Shown here: positions 9,230 to 21,164 of the stretch, piece by piece
Numbering within the stretch: the first letter of the stretch is position 1
Layout: each line of letters opens with the position of its first letter
Assembly: GCA_029238215.1 (NCBI GenBank)
Contig: JAQWGN010000002.1
Location: 235 to 64,234, forward strand
Source of the DNA: Flavobacteriaceae bacterium
Lineage (GTDB): Bacteria; Bacteroidota; Bacteroidia; Flavobacteriales; Flavobacteriaceae
Direction of reading: 5' to 3'
Length of the DNA: 64,000 nt
Notes under the pieces: generated by a model
Told to the model about the DNA's origin: nothing
Database searches by the model: none
Seen by the model: the letters and a program-made list of their open reading frames with translations, nothing else
Position numbers and translations under genes: made by a program

Positions 9230-9899
9230 CTATAACTTCAGAAACATTTCCATCCTCACACTTGAATGTTTTTCCCGGATATTTTTGAATAATACTAAAA
9301 TCGTGCGTAGCCATTAATACGGTAGTGCCTTGTTTATTGACACTTCGTAATACATCCATGATTTCCCAACGTGTAATGGGATCTAAATTACCCGTAGGCT
9401 CGTCAGCCAACAAAACCTTAGGCTTGTTAAGTAAGGCTCGTGCTATGGAAAGGCGCTGTTGTTCACCACCCGATAGCGTTTGTGGAAACTTCTTTTCTGT
9501 TCCCGTAAGATTCACTAGGGCGAGTACTTCTTCTATTCGTTGCTGACGCTCAATTTTATTTTTCCATCGAGTTGCACGCAAAACAAAGTCTAAGTTTTTG
9601 TATACATTTCTATCGGGTAATAACTTAAAATCTTGAAAGACGATACCCAAAGAGCGCCTAAGCATGTGAGTGTGGCGTTTCTTTAAGGTTGAAAGCTTTG
9701 TGGTATTGATGCTTATCTCACCATCTTGAAGCTGCAATGCGCCATACAACGTCCGAATCAAACTGCTTTTTCCACTGCCTGTACGTCCAATGAAATACAC
9801 AAATGAACCTTGAGTAATATCTAAAGTCACATTTTTTAACACTACGTTCTTATTTTGTTGAATCGCAGCATTTTGAATTGATATAATTGGTGTTTCCAT
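9216..9899 (-). CDS. ftsE: Cell-division ABC ATPase FtsE-like
   Basis: 227 aa with Walker A GRTGSGKSS, signature LSGGEQQR and Walker B LLADEPTGNLD. Size and layout are typical of FtsE. Confidence 0.8.
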   Translation of the reverse strand: METPIISIQNAAIQQNKNVVLKNVTLDITQGSFVYFIGRTGSGKSSLIRTLYGALQLQDGEISINTTKLSTLKKRHTHMLRRSLGIVFQDFKLLPDRNVYKNLDFVLRATRWKNKIERQQRIEEVLALVNLTGTEKKFPQTLSGGEQQRLSIARALLNKPKVLLADEPTGNLDPITRWEIMDVLRSVNKQGTTVLMATHDFSIIQKYPGKTFKCEDGNVSEVIVKQQ

Positions 9900-10078
9900 G
9901 CAGGTATAAAAGTAAGCATGTTTTTTTGAAGATTTTAAACTAGTAAATGATATTTTTCACACAACATGTTTAATTTTACAGTTAATTTGCTATAATTTGA
10001 TTTAATAATTAATCTAATAGTAGTATTTATTACTTAAAATCAAAATAAAAAAAGCAAATTTGCATTAAAATATAAACT

Positions 10079-11746
10079 ATGTGTGGAATTGTTTGTGCCC
10101 TAGATGTTAAGCAGTCTGTAGCCGAGCTGCGTCCTCAGCTACTTGAGATGTCAAAGAAAATTCGTCACCGTGGTCCCGATTGGAGTGGGATTTATGCTGA
10201 TGATAATGCCGTATTGGCACACGAGCGTTTAGCGATTGTAGACCCAACTTCCGGACAACAACCATTGTTAAGCCCAGATCAATCATTGGTTTTGGCTGCT
10301 AATGGCGAAATATATAACCATCGTGAACTTCGTGCAACTACTCCAGACTACCAATATCAAACAGGTTCGGATTGCGAAGTTATTTTAGCGCTTTACCAAC
10401 AAAAAGGAGCTGCGTTTATAGATGATTTAAACGGGATTTTCGGATTTGTGCTTTACGACTCTAAAACAAAAGGATTTTTAATTGCCAGAGATCATATGGG
10501 TATTATTCCATTGTATTATGGTTTTGACCAACAAGGAACCCGCTATGTTGCCTCTGAGCTAAAGGCTTTAGAAGGCGTGTGTCACACCATTGAAGTATTT
10601 CCTCCAGGACATTACATGACAGAAAAAGACGAATCGCCACAAAAATGGTACACCCGCGATTGGGAAGATTACGATGCCGTTAAAGACAATCCAACGAGTA
10701 TTGAAGACTTAGGAAAAGCCTTAGAGGATGCGGTTCATCGTCAATTAATGAGCGACGTTCCCTACGGCGTATTGCTTTCGGGTGGTTTGGATTCTTCTAT
10801 AACATCCGCACTTGCCAAAAAATTTGCCAAAAACCGCATAGAGGCCGATGACACACAAGAAGCATGGTGGCCACAATTACACTCCTTTTCTATTGGCCTA
10901 AAAGGATCTCCAGACTTGGCAGCAGCCCAAGTCGTTGCCGACCGTATTGGAACGGTGCATCACGAGGTAACATTCACTGTTCAAGAAGGACTTGATGCAA
11001 TTAAAGATGTAATCTATCACTTAGAAACTTATGACATCACCACTATAAGAGCGTCTACCCCCATGTACTTATTGGCTCGAGTAATTAAGTCTATGGGTAT
11101 TAAAATGGTACTTTCTGGTGAAGGGGCTGATGAAGTTTTTGGCGGGTATTTATATTTTCACAAGGCACCAAATCCTGAAGAGTTTCATAAAGAGACGGTA
11201 AGAAAGTTGGAAAAATTATATCAATACGATTGTTTGCGCGCAAACAAATCACTTGCCGCTTGGGGTATTGAGGGCCGTGTACCATTTTTAGACAAAGAAT
11301 TTATGGATGTTGCCATGCGTATAAATCCAAAAGATAAAATGATTACTTCCGAAAGAATGGAAAAATGGGTACTACGTAAAGCTTTTCAAGACGAACTTCC
11401 AGAAGCCATTGCATGGCGTCAAAAAGAGCAGTTTAGCGATGGCGTAGGATACAGCTGGATTGATTCTATTAAAGAGGTAGTGGAAACGGCTGTAAGCGAC
11501 TCGCAAATGGCTCAGGTCAGTCACAGATTCCCTATTCAGCCGCCGCGTACCAAAGAAGAATACTATTACCGTTCTATTTTTGAAGAACATTTCCCTTCTT
11601 CTGCAGCTGCGTTAACAGTGCCTTCTGTTCCTTCAATTGCCTGTAGTACTCCTACAGCGCTAGCTTGGGATGCGTCTTTTCAAAACATGAACGAGCCTTC
11701 TGGCCGTGCTATTGGAAGCGTGCATCTTGACGCCTATGAAGGGTAG
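10079..11746 (+). CDS. asnB: Asparagine synthase (glutamine-hydrolysing)
   Basis: MCGI N-terminal nucleophile, the SGGLDSS PP-loop, and 555 aa. Confidence 0.93.
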   Translation: MCGIVCALDVKQSVAELRPQLLEMSKKIRHRGPDWSGIYADDNAVLAHERLAIVDPTSGQQPLLSPDQSLVLAANGEIYNHRELRATTPDYQYQTGSDCEVILALYQQKGAAFIDDLNGIFGFVLYDSKTKGFLIARDHMGIIPLYYGFDQQGTRYVASELKALEGVCHTIEVFPPGHYMTEKDESPQKWYTRDWEDYDAVKDNPTSIEDLGKALEDAVHRQLMSDVPYGVLLSGGLDSSITSALAKKFAKNRIEADDTQEAWWPQLHSFSIGLKGSPDLAAAQVVADRIGTVHHEVTFTVQEGLDAIKDVIYHLETYDITTIRASTPMYLLARVIKSMGIKMVLSGEGADEVFGGYLYFHKAPNPEEFHKETVRKLEKLYQYDCLRANKSLAAWGIEGRVPFLDKEFMDVAMRINPKDKMITSERMEKWVLRKAFQDELPEAIAWRQKEQFSDGVGYSWIDSIKEVVETAVSDSQMAQVSHRFPIQPPRTKEEYYYRSIFEEHFPSSAAALTVPSVPSIACSTPTALAWDASFQNMNEPSGRAIGSVHLDAYEG

Positions 11747-11820
11747 TTTTTGCTTATAAAACTGTTGATAACTTGACAAATGTACCCCTGCATTTACTTC
11801 GATAAGTGTGGTTTATGCGT

Positions 11821-13800
<1,980 letters not shown>

Positions 13801-13854
13801 CTTTTTTAGTATTGGCATACATGCCGTACTTTTGAAAAACCAAAATAAAACACC

Positions 13855-14790
13855 ATGAAAGTTACAATTGTAGGTGCCGGAAACGTAGGCGCCACTTGTG
13901 CTGATGCCATCGCTACGCAACGAATTGCTAGTGAGGTCGTCTTGCTAGATATTAAAGAAGGATTTGCTGAGGGAAAAGCTCTTGATATGATGCAAACCGC
14001 AACCACATTAGGGTTTAATACCAAGATTATAGGCACTACCAATGATTATTCAAAAACCGCTCATAGCGATGTTGTAGTAATTACATCGGGTATCCCACGT
14101 AAACCAGGGATGACTCGTGAGGAGCTTATTGGGATAAACGCAGGAATTGTACAGTCGGTTGCTGAAAATATTTTGGAACACTCCCCAGATGCAATTATTG
14201 TGGTTGTTTCAAACCCTATGGATACCATGACGTATTTGACGTTAAAAAAGACGGGCTTACCAAAGCACCGTATCATTGGTATGGGAGGGGCGCTAGACAG
14301 TTCTCGTTTTAAAACTTATTTATCAAAAGCTCTTGATAAGCCAGCTAATGATATTCACGGAATGGTTATTGGAGGTCATGGCGATACCACAATGATTCCG
14401 CTTACGCGACTTGCTTCATATAACGGAATTCCTGTGTCATCACTTCTTAAAGATGAAGCTCTCAAACAAGTAGCTTCTGATACCATGGTGGGTGGTGCTA
14501 CACTTACAAAACTTTTAGGGACTTCTGCTTGGTATGCTCCTGGCGCTTCTGTTGCCTATTTGGTCGATAGTATCTTAAATGATCAAAAAAGAATTATTCC
14601 ATGTTCAGTTTTTCTAGAAGGAGAATATAATCAAGAGGATATTTGCATAGGGGTTCCCTGTGTTATTGGACGTAATGGTTGGGAATCAATTGTAGATGTA
14701 AACCTTAATACAGAAGAACAAGAAACGTTTAATAAAAGTGCTGCTGCGGTTAGAACCATGAATGCAGCCTTGGATAGCATTCTTTCATAA
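13855..14790 (+). CDS. mdh: Malate dehydrogenase (LDH-like family)
   Basis: MKVTIVGAGNVGATCA Rossmann motif, ITSGIPRKPGMTREEL and GGHGD. 311 aa. Confidence 0.92.
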   Translation: MKVTIVGAGNVGATCADAIATQRIASEVVLLDIKEGFAEGKALDMMQTATTLGFNTKIIGTTNDYSKTAHSDVVVITSGIPRKPGMTREELIGINAGIVQSVAENILEHSPDAIIVVVSNPMDTMTYLTLKKTGLPKHRIIGMGGALDSSRFKTYLSKALDKPANDIHGMVIGGHGDTTMIPLTRLASYNGIPVSSLLKDEALKQVASDTMVGGATLTKLLGTSAWYAPGASVAYLVDSILNDQKRIIPCSVFLEGEYNQEDICIGVPCVIGRNGWESIVDVNLNTEEQETFNKSAAAVRTMNAALDSILS

Positions 14791-14837
14791 TCAAACATTC
14801 AACCTATATAGTAATTTGTTAATCTGGGCGGATACGT

Positions 14838-14845
14838 TATATTTG
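14838..14845 (+). promoter_or_regulatory. Candidate -7 box TATATTTG for secDF
   Basis: TAnnTTTG match 33 nt upstream of the ATG at 14878. Confidence 0.4.
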
Positions 14846-14877
14846 CTCGTCTCATTTACGACTTTAAACATTTTATC

Positions 14878-17814
14878 ATGCAAAATAACGGACTCATTAG
14901 ACTTTTTGCCGTTTTATTTGGCCTTGTCAGCCTTTATCAACTTTCATTCACTTTTGTTACATCAAAAGTAGAGTCGGATGCCAAAACGTATGCACAAGCA
15001 TCTGTAAATCCCGACGATGCGGAGTATTTTGCACGGGTAGAACTGGCTGAAAGGGAATACTTGGATTCCATAGCAGATCAAACTGTTTTTGGATTTACTA
15101 CCTATAACGTGTCTAAAGACCGTGAACTCAATAAAGGTCTTGACCTTAAAGGAGGTATCAATGTTATTCTCCAAGTTTCGGTTAAAGATATTTTAAAAGG
15201 ACTTGCTGAGAACTCTCGCAATCCATTATTTAACAAGGCATTAGCAGATGCAGATGTTCTTCAGAAAAACTCGGACGAGACCTATGTGGAAAGCTTTTTT
15301 CAAGCTTTTGATGCTATTAAAGGTGACCAGAAGTTAGCCAGTCCTGAAATTTTCGCCAATAGATCTCTTAGTGACGATATCAATTTCAATATGGCTGATG
15401 AAGATGTGCAGCCTATTATTGTTAATAAAATTGATGCTTCTATTATTTCAGCATTTGAGGTATTGCGTAAGCGTATCGACAAGTTTGGTGTTACACAGCC
15501 CAATATTCAACGGCTAGGAAATTCAGGACGTATTCTTGTAGAGCTTCCTGGGGCTCGTGATGTAGAACGGGTTAAAAATTTGCTTCAAAGTACAGCACAA
15601 CTTGAATTTTGGGAAACCGCTTCTAATCAGTCTTATGGTACATTTTTATCACAGGCAAATGAATTGTTAAAGAATGTGATTAAAACAGAAAAGCCTATCA
15701 ATGAAGGCGAGACATCAGAAATTGATGACTTACTTTCAGATGTTTCTGCACAACAAGATTCAATAAGTACAGTCACCAATCCTATTTACGATTATGTAAA
15801 AGGTGCTGGATACTCTGGAGGCCCTGTTTTAATACAGGTAGCCGTAAAAGATCAACCAATACTTGAAGATTATTTAAACCGTTCGGATGTACGCGCATTG
15901 CTACCTGCCGATTTGCGTTTTACCAAGTTTTTATGGGGAATACCTGATCCTCAAACAGATATTGTTGACTTGTATGTGATTAAAGCAAATAGAGCAAACC
16001 AACCACCATTAAGCGGAAGTGTTATTGTAGATGCTTCTCAAACATATGACCAACTAGGCGCACCAGCAGTTTCCATGCAGATGAATGGAAAAGGGGCACG
16101 TGTATGGGAAGACATGACAGGTAAAGCCTTTAAAGATGGTAGTAATATTGCTATTGTTCTTGATGAAGTAGTTTATTCTGCACCAGGTGTTTCAAAAGGA
16201 GCAATTTCTGGAGGACGTTCTGAAATATCAGGGCAGTTTTCTCTTAACGAAGCTATTGATTTAGCAAACGTATTGCGAGCAGGTAAACTTCCTGCAGCGG
16301 CCGAAATTATTCAATCCGAAATTGTTGGTCCATCTCTTGGGCAAGAAGCGATTGAAAGTGGCGTTAATTCGTTTGTTATTGCATTACTCCTTGTGTTGGC
16401 TTGGATGATTTTCTACTACGGCCGTGCAGGATTATATGCCGACATCGCATTGAGTTTAAACATCGTATTGATATTTGGTATTTTAGCAGGCCTTGGCGCA
16501 GTGCTTACCCTTCCTGGTATTGCTGGTATTGTTTTAACAATAGGGATGTCAGTAGATGCTAACGTTCTTATTTTTGAGCGTATCCGTGAAGAATTGAACA
16601 AAGGTAAAGGGCAGAAACAAGCAGTGTCTGATGGATTTAAAAACGCATTATCTTCTATTTTAGACGCAAATATCACAACAGGTTTAACGGCATTCATTCT
16701 ATTTGTTTTTGGAACGGGCCCTATTAAAGGATTTGCCACAACGCTTCTTATCGGTATTGCCACGTCGCTTTGTACAGCAATTTTTGTAACTCGTTTGTTG
16801 GTCGATGGACGTTTAGCTAAAGGACATGTGTTAGGTTTTTCAACCAAAGCAACCAAAAACTTATTTCGAAACTTGTCGATTACATTCCTTAAAAAACGCA
16901 CCATTGCGTATGTAATTTCTGGATCTTTAATTGCTATTGCTATATTTTCGTTGTACACCAACGGACTAAATCAAGGGGTTGATTTTGTTGGAGGGCGTTC
17001 ATATACAGTTCGTTTTGAGCAAGCCGTTAATCCAACAGAAGTACAATCGCAGTTGGTTCCACTTCTTGGAAGTGCTGAAGCCAAAACTTTCGGTGACGAC
17101 AATCAATTGAAAATCACAACAAACTATAAGGTTGATGTTGAAGGAATTGCGGTTGATGAAGAAATTCAGAACGCATTATTCACAGGGCTTTCATCATTCT
17201 TACCACAAAGTCTTTCTTATGATGACTTTGTAAATGGCTTAGAGGATAAACAAGTTGGTATTATGTCTTCCATTAAAGTTGGTCCAACCATTGCTGATGA
17301 CATTAAGAAGAATTCCTTTTTAGCTGTTTTTGGTTCGCTTATCGTTGTATTCCTTTATATCCTGTTGCGTTTCCGTAAATGGCAGTATTCTCTTGGAGCC
17401 GTTGCTGCGGTTTTCCACGATGTGTTGATTGTGTTAGGAGTATTTTCTATTACCTATACGTTTATGCCATTTAGTATGGAAATAAACCAGGCGTTTATTG
17501 CGGCTGTATTGACGGTAATTGGGTATTCATTAAACGATACTGTTGTCGTGTTTGACCGTATTCGTGAGTTTACGCGTCTGCATACTTCATGGGATAGTCA
17601 AAAAGTAGTCGATAGTGCACTTAACAGTACGTTAAGTCGTACGATAAACACATCACTTACTACGTTAGTAGTGCTTTTAGCCATCTTTATCTTTGGAGGA
17701 GAGGCTATTCGCGGATTTATGTTTGCGCTTATTGTAGGGGTTATTGTAGGAACCTACTCATCGCTATTTATCGCAACTCCAGTAATGTTCGATACTTCTA
17801 AGAAAGTGAAGTAA
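14878..17814 (+). CDS. secDF: Fused protein-export membrane protein SecD/SecF
   Basis: 978 aa. A large periplasmic domain is followed by two 6-TM blocks, with LGLDLKGG, VGPSLG and SVDANVLIFERIREE motifs. The fusion is typical of Bacteroidota. Confidence 0.93.
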   Translation: MQNNGLIRLFAVLFGLVSLYQLSFTFVTSKVESDAKTYAQASVNPDDAEYFARVELAEREYLDSIADQTVFGFTTYNVSKDRELNKGLDLKGGINVILQVSVKDILKGLAENSRNPLFNKALADADVLQKNSDETYVESFFQAFDAIKGDQKLASPEIFANRSLSDDINFNMADEDVQPIIVNKIDASIISAFEVLRKRIDKFGVTQPNIQRLGNSGRILVELPGARDVERVKNLLQSTAQLEFWETASNQSYGTFLSQANELLKNVIKTEKPINEGETSEIDDLLSDVSAQQDSISTVTNPIYDYVKGAGYSGGPVLIQVAVKDQPILEDYLNRSDVRALLPADLRFTKFLWGIPDPQTDIVDLYVIKANRANQPPLSGSVIVDASQTYDQLGAPAVSMQMNGKGARVWEDMTGKAFKDGSNIAIVLDEVVYSAPGVSKGAISGGRSEISGQFSLNEAIDLANVLRAGKLPAAAEIIQSEIVGPSLGQEAIESGVNSFVIALLLVLAWMIFYYGRAGLYADIALSLNIVLIFGILAGLGAVLTLPGIAGIVLTIGMSVDANVLIFERIREELNKGKGQKQAVSDGFKNALSSILDANITTGLTAFILFVFGTGPIKGFATTLLIGIATSLCTAIFVTRLLVDGRLAKGHVLGFSTKATKNLFRNLSITFLKKRTIAYVISGSLIAIAIFSLYTNGLNQGVDFVGGRSYTVRFEQAVNPTEVQSQLVPLLGSAEAKTFGDDNQLKITTNYKVDVEGIAVDEEIQNALFTGLSSFLPQSLSYDDFVNGLEDKQVGIMSSIKVGPTIADDIKKNSFLAVFGSLIVVFLYILLRFRKWQYSLGAVAAVFHDVLIVLGVFSITYTFMPFSMEINQAFIAAVLTVIGYSLNDTVVVFDRIREFTRLHTSWDSQKVVDSALNSTLSRTINTSLTTLVVLLAIFIFGGEAIRGFMFALIVGVIVGTYSSLFIATPVMFDTSKKVK

Positions 17815-17842
17815 TCAAAGGCGTTATGCCTTTGATTTTTTT
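17814..17842 (+). terminator. Hairpin plus T-run after secDF, embedded in the last codons of convergent lgt
   Basis: ATCAAAGGC (17814-17822) pairs with GCCTTTGAT (17828-17836), and the T-run extends to 17842. The secDF stop is at 17812-17814 and the lgt stop at 17824-17826. Confidence 0.45.
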
Positions 17843-18657
17843 CGACTTGAGTACAAAACAAGTGTAATCCCTAATAGTATAAGCGGAATGCTAAGCCATT
17901 GTCCCGTTGATAGTGTACCTAACTGATCTCCAAAACCACCTTGGCTCTCCTTTACGAATTCAGCGAGAAAACGAACGCTAAACAGCAGCGCAAAAAACAA
18001 ACCGATTAAATACCCTTGCTGGGTTCTTATTTTTACATTTTTATAGCTGTAATACAGGATAAAAAACACAATAAGGTATCCAAGCGACTCATACAATTGG
18101 ACAGGATGTCTGGGCAGTGAGTCTCCATTGTTTTTAAAAACCACACCGTAATTGCTTGCGGTGTATTTTCCAACAATTTCAGAGTTAAAAAAGTTTCCTA
18201 TTCGGATAAAAACACCACCAAATGCAACAGTAATAGCAACGCGGTCGAGCAGCCAAAGTAATGAGGCAAACTTGAATTTTTTAATGTATAAATAAAGGGC
18301 AATTGAAATCCCTACGAACGCACCGTGACTTGCCAACCCTCTAAAGCCAACAAACTCCCATCCATCTTCTGAGATTTTAAAGGGTAAGATTATTTCGAGA
18401 AGGTTGTTTTGAAAATAATCCCAATTGTAGAAGAACACTTCTCCAAGCCGGGCACCAATTAGAGTTCCTACCACCATATAAATGAGTAATGGATCCAAAT
18501 ACTCAACAGATACACCTTCTTTTTTGAACATCGACTTCATAAGGTATAGTCCAGAAGCAAAGGCAACAACAAACATAAGGCTGTAATAATAGACGTTAAA
18601 ACTACCAAGACTTATGGCTACTGGGTCTGGGGCCCATAAAAACTTGAATGCAAGCAT
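17824..18657 (-). CDS. lgt: Prolipoprotein diacylglyceryl transferase
   Basis: 277 aa, polytopic, with the conserved RHPVQLYES motif and GLASHG. Confidence 0.9.
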   Translation of the reverse strand: MLAFKFLWAPDPVAISLGSFNVYYYSLMFVVAFASGLYLMKSMFKKEGVSVEYLDPLLIYMVVGTLIGARLGEVFFYNWDYFQNNLLEIILPFKISEDGWEFVGFRGLASHGAFVGISIALYLYIKKFKFASLLWLLDRVAITVAFGGVFIRIGNFFNSEIVGKYTASNYGVVFKNNGDSLPRHPVQLYESLGYLIVFFILYYSYKNVKIRTQQGYLIGLFFALLFSVRFLAEFVKESQGGFGDQLGTLSTGQWLSIPLILLGITLVLYSSRKKSKA

Positions 18658-18693
18658 GGTTTAAATTTTAGTTAAAGATACATGAAAAATCAG

Positions 18694-18918
18694 CTAATCA
18701 GGAACCGGGTCATTTCCGCTACCACCCCATGGGTGGCATTGACTTATTCTTTTTACAGCCATGACACCTCCCTTAAAAATACCGTGTTTTTTCAATGCCT
18801 CAAGACTGTATTGCGAGCATGTTGGGTGAAACCTGCAGGAAGACGGTAGTAATGGAGATAATGCTGCTTGATACAGCCGAATAAGCACTACAAAGGGGAA
18901 GACAAGTACTTTTTTCAC
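18694..18918 (-). CDS. yidD: Membrane protein insertion efficiency factor YidD
   Basis: 74 aa. [19 protein letters not shown]...HPWGG is the YidD signature. Confidence 0.85.
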   Translation of the reverse strand: MKKVLVFPFVVLIRLYQAALSPLLPSSCRFHPTCSQYSLEALKKHGIFKGGVMAVKRISQCHPWGGSGNDPVPD

Positions 18919-18946
18919 ACGGATAAGTGTTTATGTTTTATAATTC

Positions 18947-20425
18947 TTAGGATTCCAGCGTATAGCTAGTACCATCTTTTCCGTCTTTAAGCTGAATTCC
19001 TTTTGCGAGTAACGCATCGCGGATTTGATCGGAAGTCGCAAAATCTTTATTTGCTCTGGCTTGTTCTCGCATGTGAATAAGCACAGAAAGGGCTTTATCC
19101 AAATAGGTGTTTTCACCCGTACTTGACGCTAGTGTTAACCCAAGTACATCAAAAACAAACAGGTTTATGGTTTGCCTAAGTTTTTGAATGTCACCCTGCG
19201 TAAGTGTTTCATCGCCTTTTTGGGTACGCTGAATCATTTTAACAGTTTCAAACAATTGTGCAATAAGTATGGGGCTATTAAAGTCATCATTCATAGCATT
19301 GTGGTATGCTGCTATATATTCGTTGACATCAAAACTACTGCTAGTACTTGCGGGTAGCTCTGGGAGTAATGCAATTCCTTGCTTAAGGCGGTTGTATCCT
19401 TTTTCTGCTGCTTCTAGGGCGTCGTTGCTTAAGTCTAATACGCTTCGGTAGTGTGCTTGTAGCATAAAAAAGCGCGCCACATCTGCATTAAAGGCTTTAG
19501 AAAGGATGGAGTTTGAGCCTTCAAACAGCTCTTGAGGTAAAATATTATTTCCAGTAGACTTCGCCATTTTCTTACCGTTTAGGGTAAGCATATTTGCGTG
19601 CATCCACGTATTTACAGGATTCTTTTTATTTATGGCTTTTGCTTGTGCAATTTCACATTCGTGATGTGGAAACTTTAAATCCATACCACCACCATGGATG
19701 TCAAATTGTTCGCCCAAATACTTGGTGCTCATAGCCGTACATTCCAAGTGCCAACCAGGAAAACCATCTCCCCAAGGGGAAGGCCAGCGCATAATGTGTT
19801 GGGGTTCAGCCTTTTTCCAAAGCGCAAAATCTTGAGGGGATCGCTTATCACTTTGTCCTGACAAGTCTCGTGTGTTATGAATCATGTCCTCAATATTCCG
19901 ACCGCTTAGTATTCCGTAATGATGCGTTTCGTTATATGTTTTCACGTCAAAATACACAGACCCATTTACTTCGTAAGCAAATCCAGCCTTTAAAATGCCT
20001 TTTATAATTTCTATTTGCTCAATGATGTGTCCTGTAGCTGTAGGTTCAATATTTGGCGGAAGTGTATTGAAAGCAGCAAGTGTTTTATGAAAGTCTACCG
20101 TATAGCGTTGTACTACCTCCATGGGCTCAATACGCTCAAGTCGTGCTTTTTTTGAAATGCGATCTTCTCCTTCATCGGCATCATTTTCTAAATGCCCTGC
20201 ATCCGTAATATTACGCACATAACGAACAGTGTAACCCAAGTACTTTAGGTATCGATATACCAAATCGAATGAAATAAACGTCCGGCAATTTCCTAAATGA
20301 ACATTGCTATATACTGTAGGTCCACATACATACATCCCTACATGTTTTTCCTCTATAGGAACAAACGGTTCTTTAGACCCGCTTAAAGAGTTGAAAATAC
20401 GTAAAGACGCAGCAGCTTTATTCAT
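18947..20425 (-). CDS. cysS: Cysteine--tRNA ligase
   Basis: 492 aa with [16 protein letters not shown] (HIGH region), KMAKS (KMSKS) and WHLEC. Confidence 0.95.
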   Translation of the reverse strand: MNKAAASLRIFNSLSGSKEPFVPIEEKHVGMYVCGPTVYSNVHLGNCRTFISFDLVYRYLKYLGYTVRYVRNITDAGHLENDADEGEDRISKKARLERIEPMEVVQRYTVDFHKTLAAFNTLPPNIEPTATGHIIEQIEIIKGILKAGFAYEVNGSVYFDVKTYNETHHYGILSGRNIEDMIHNTRDLSGQSDKRSPQDFALWKKAEPQHIMRWPSPWGDGFPGWHLECTAMSTKYLGEQFDIHGGGMDLKFPHHECEIAQAKAINKKNPVNTWMHANMLTLNGKKMAKSTGNNILPQELFEGSNSILSKAFNADVARFFMLQAHYRSVLDLSNDALEAAEKGYNRLKQGIALLPELPASTSSSFDVNEYIAAYHNAMNDDFNSPILIAQLFETVKMIQRTQKGDETLTQGDIQKLRQTINLFVFDVLGLTLASSTGENTYLDKALSVLIHMREQARANKDFATSDQIRDALLAKGIQLKDGKDGTSYTLES

Positions 20426-20428
20426 ATT

Positions 20429-21124
20429 CTAGAAAGAGGTGTCTAGTTTTAGATAGCCTAAAAACTCTTTTTTTACATCTGGGTTTTTGAACGCACCACC
20501 AAACTCAGAAGTTACTGTACTGCTATCAATGTCTCTAATGCCTCGTGCATTAACACACAAATGCTTTGCGTCAATAACACAAGCCACATCATCGGTGTTT
20601 AATACTTCTTGTAAGGCTTTTACAACTTGAAGCGTTAGGCGTTCTTGTACTTGAGGGCGTTTGGAAAAATAATCCACCAATCGATTCATTTTAGATAAGC
20701 CTACAACAGTACCGTTTGAGATGTATGCAACATGTGCTTTTCCAACGATAGGGAGGAGGTGGTGTTCACAAGTAGAATAAACGGTAATGTTTTTTTCTAC
20801 AAGCATTTCACCATACTTATACTTATTGTCAAATGTTGAAGCACTTGGTTTGTTGTCGGGATGTAATCCAGAAAAAAGTTCGTTAACAAACATTTTGGCA
20901 ACACGCTTAGGAGTTCCTTTCAAGCTGTCATCAGTAAGGTCCATTCCTAGAGTTTCTAAAATACGAATCACATCTTTTTCGATACTTTTTATTTTTTCGG
21001 CATCCGATTGTTCAAAAGCATCATCCCTAAGTGGTGTATTGATATTACCACCTACGTGATCATCGTCGTTTATATCCTCTAAGGCATCGTTAAGTAGACG
21101 ATCAAATTTCATAGCATCTTCCAT
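20429..21124 (-). CDS. folE: GTP cyclohydrolase I
   Basis: Contains SCEHHLLPIVGKAHVAYI and PQVQERLT motifs. 231 aa. Confidence 0.9.
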   Translation of the reverse strand: MEDAMKFDRLLNDALEDINDDDHVGGNINTPLRDDAFEQSDAEKIKSIEKDVIRILETLGMDLTDDSLKGTPKRVAKMFVNELFSGLHPDNKPSASTFDNKYKYGEMLVEKNITVYSTCEHHLLPIVGKAHVAYISNGTVVGLSKMNRLVDYFSKRPQVQERLTLQVVKALQEVLNTDDVACVIDAKHLCVNARGIRDIDSSTVTSEFGGAFKNPDVKKEFLGYLKLDTSF

Positions 21125-21164
21125 AAGCGTACAAAGATACTACATTCATAAAAATTAGATGAAT

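Noticed and set aside
10054-10063. Perfect 10-bp palindrome GCAAATTTGC 16 nt upstream of asnB
   Set aside because: It contains AAATTTG, which probably just represents a slightly degenerate -7 promoter box (TAnnTTTG). It is too short to call an operator without comparative data.
16416-16961. 181-aa ORF on the minus strand inside secDF
   Set aside because: It is an antisense shadow of the conserved SecD/SecF transmembrane region, with no independent signals.
18931-19116. 61-aa minus-strand ORF overlapping the cysS 3' end
   Set aside because: It is an alternative frame within the conserved C-terminal region of cysS, with no independent evidence.
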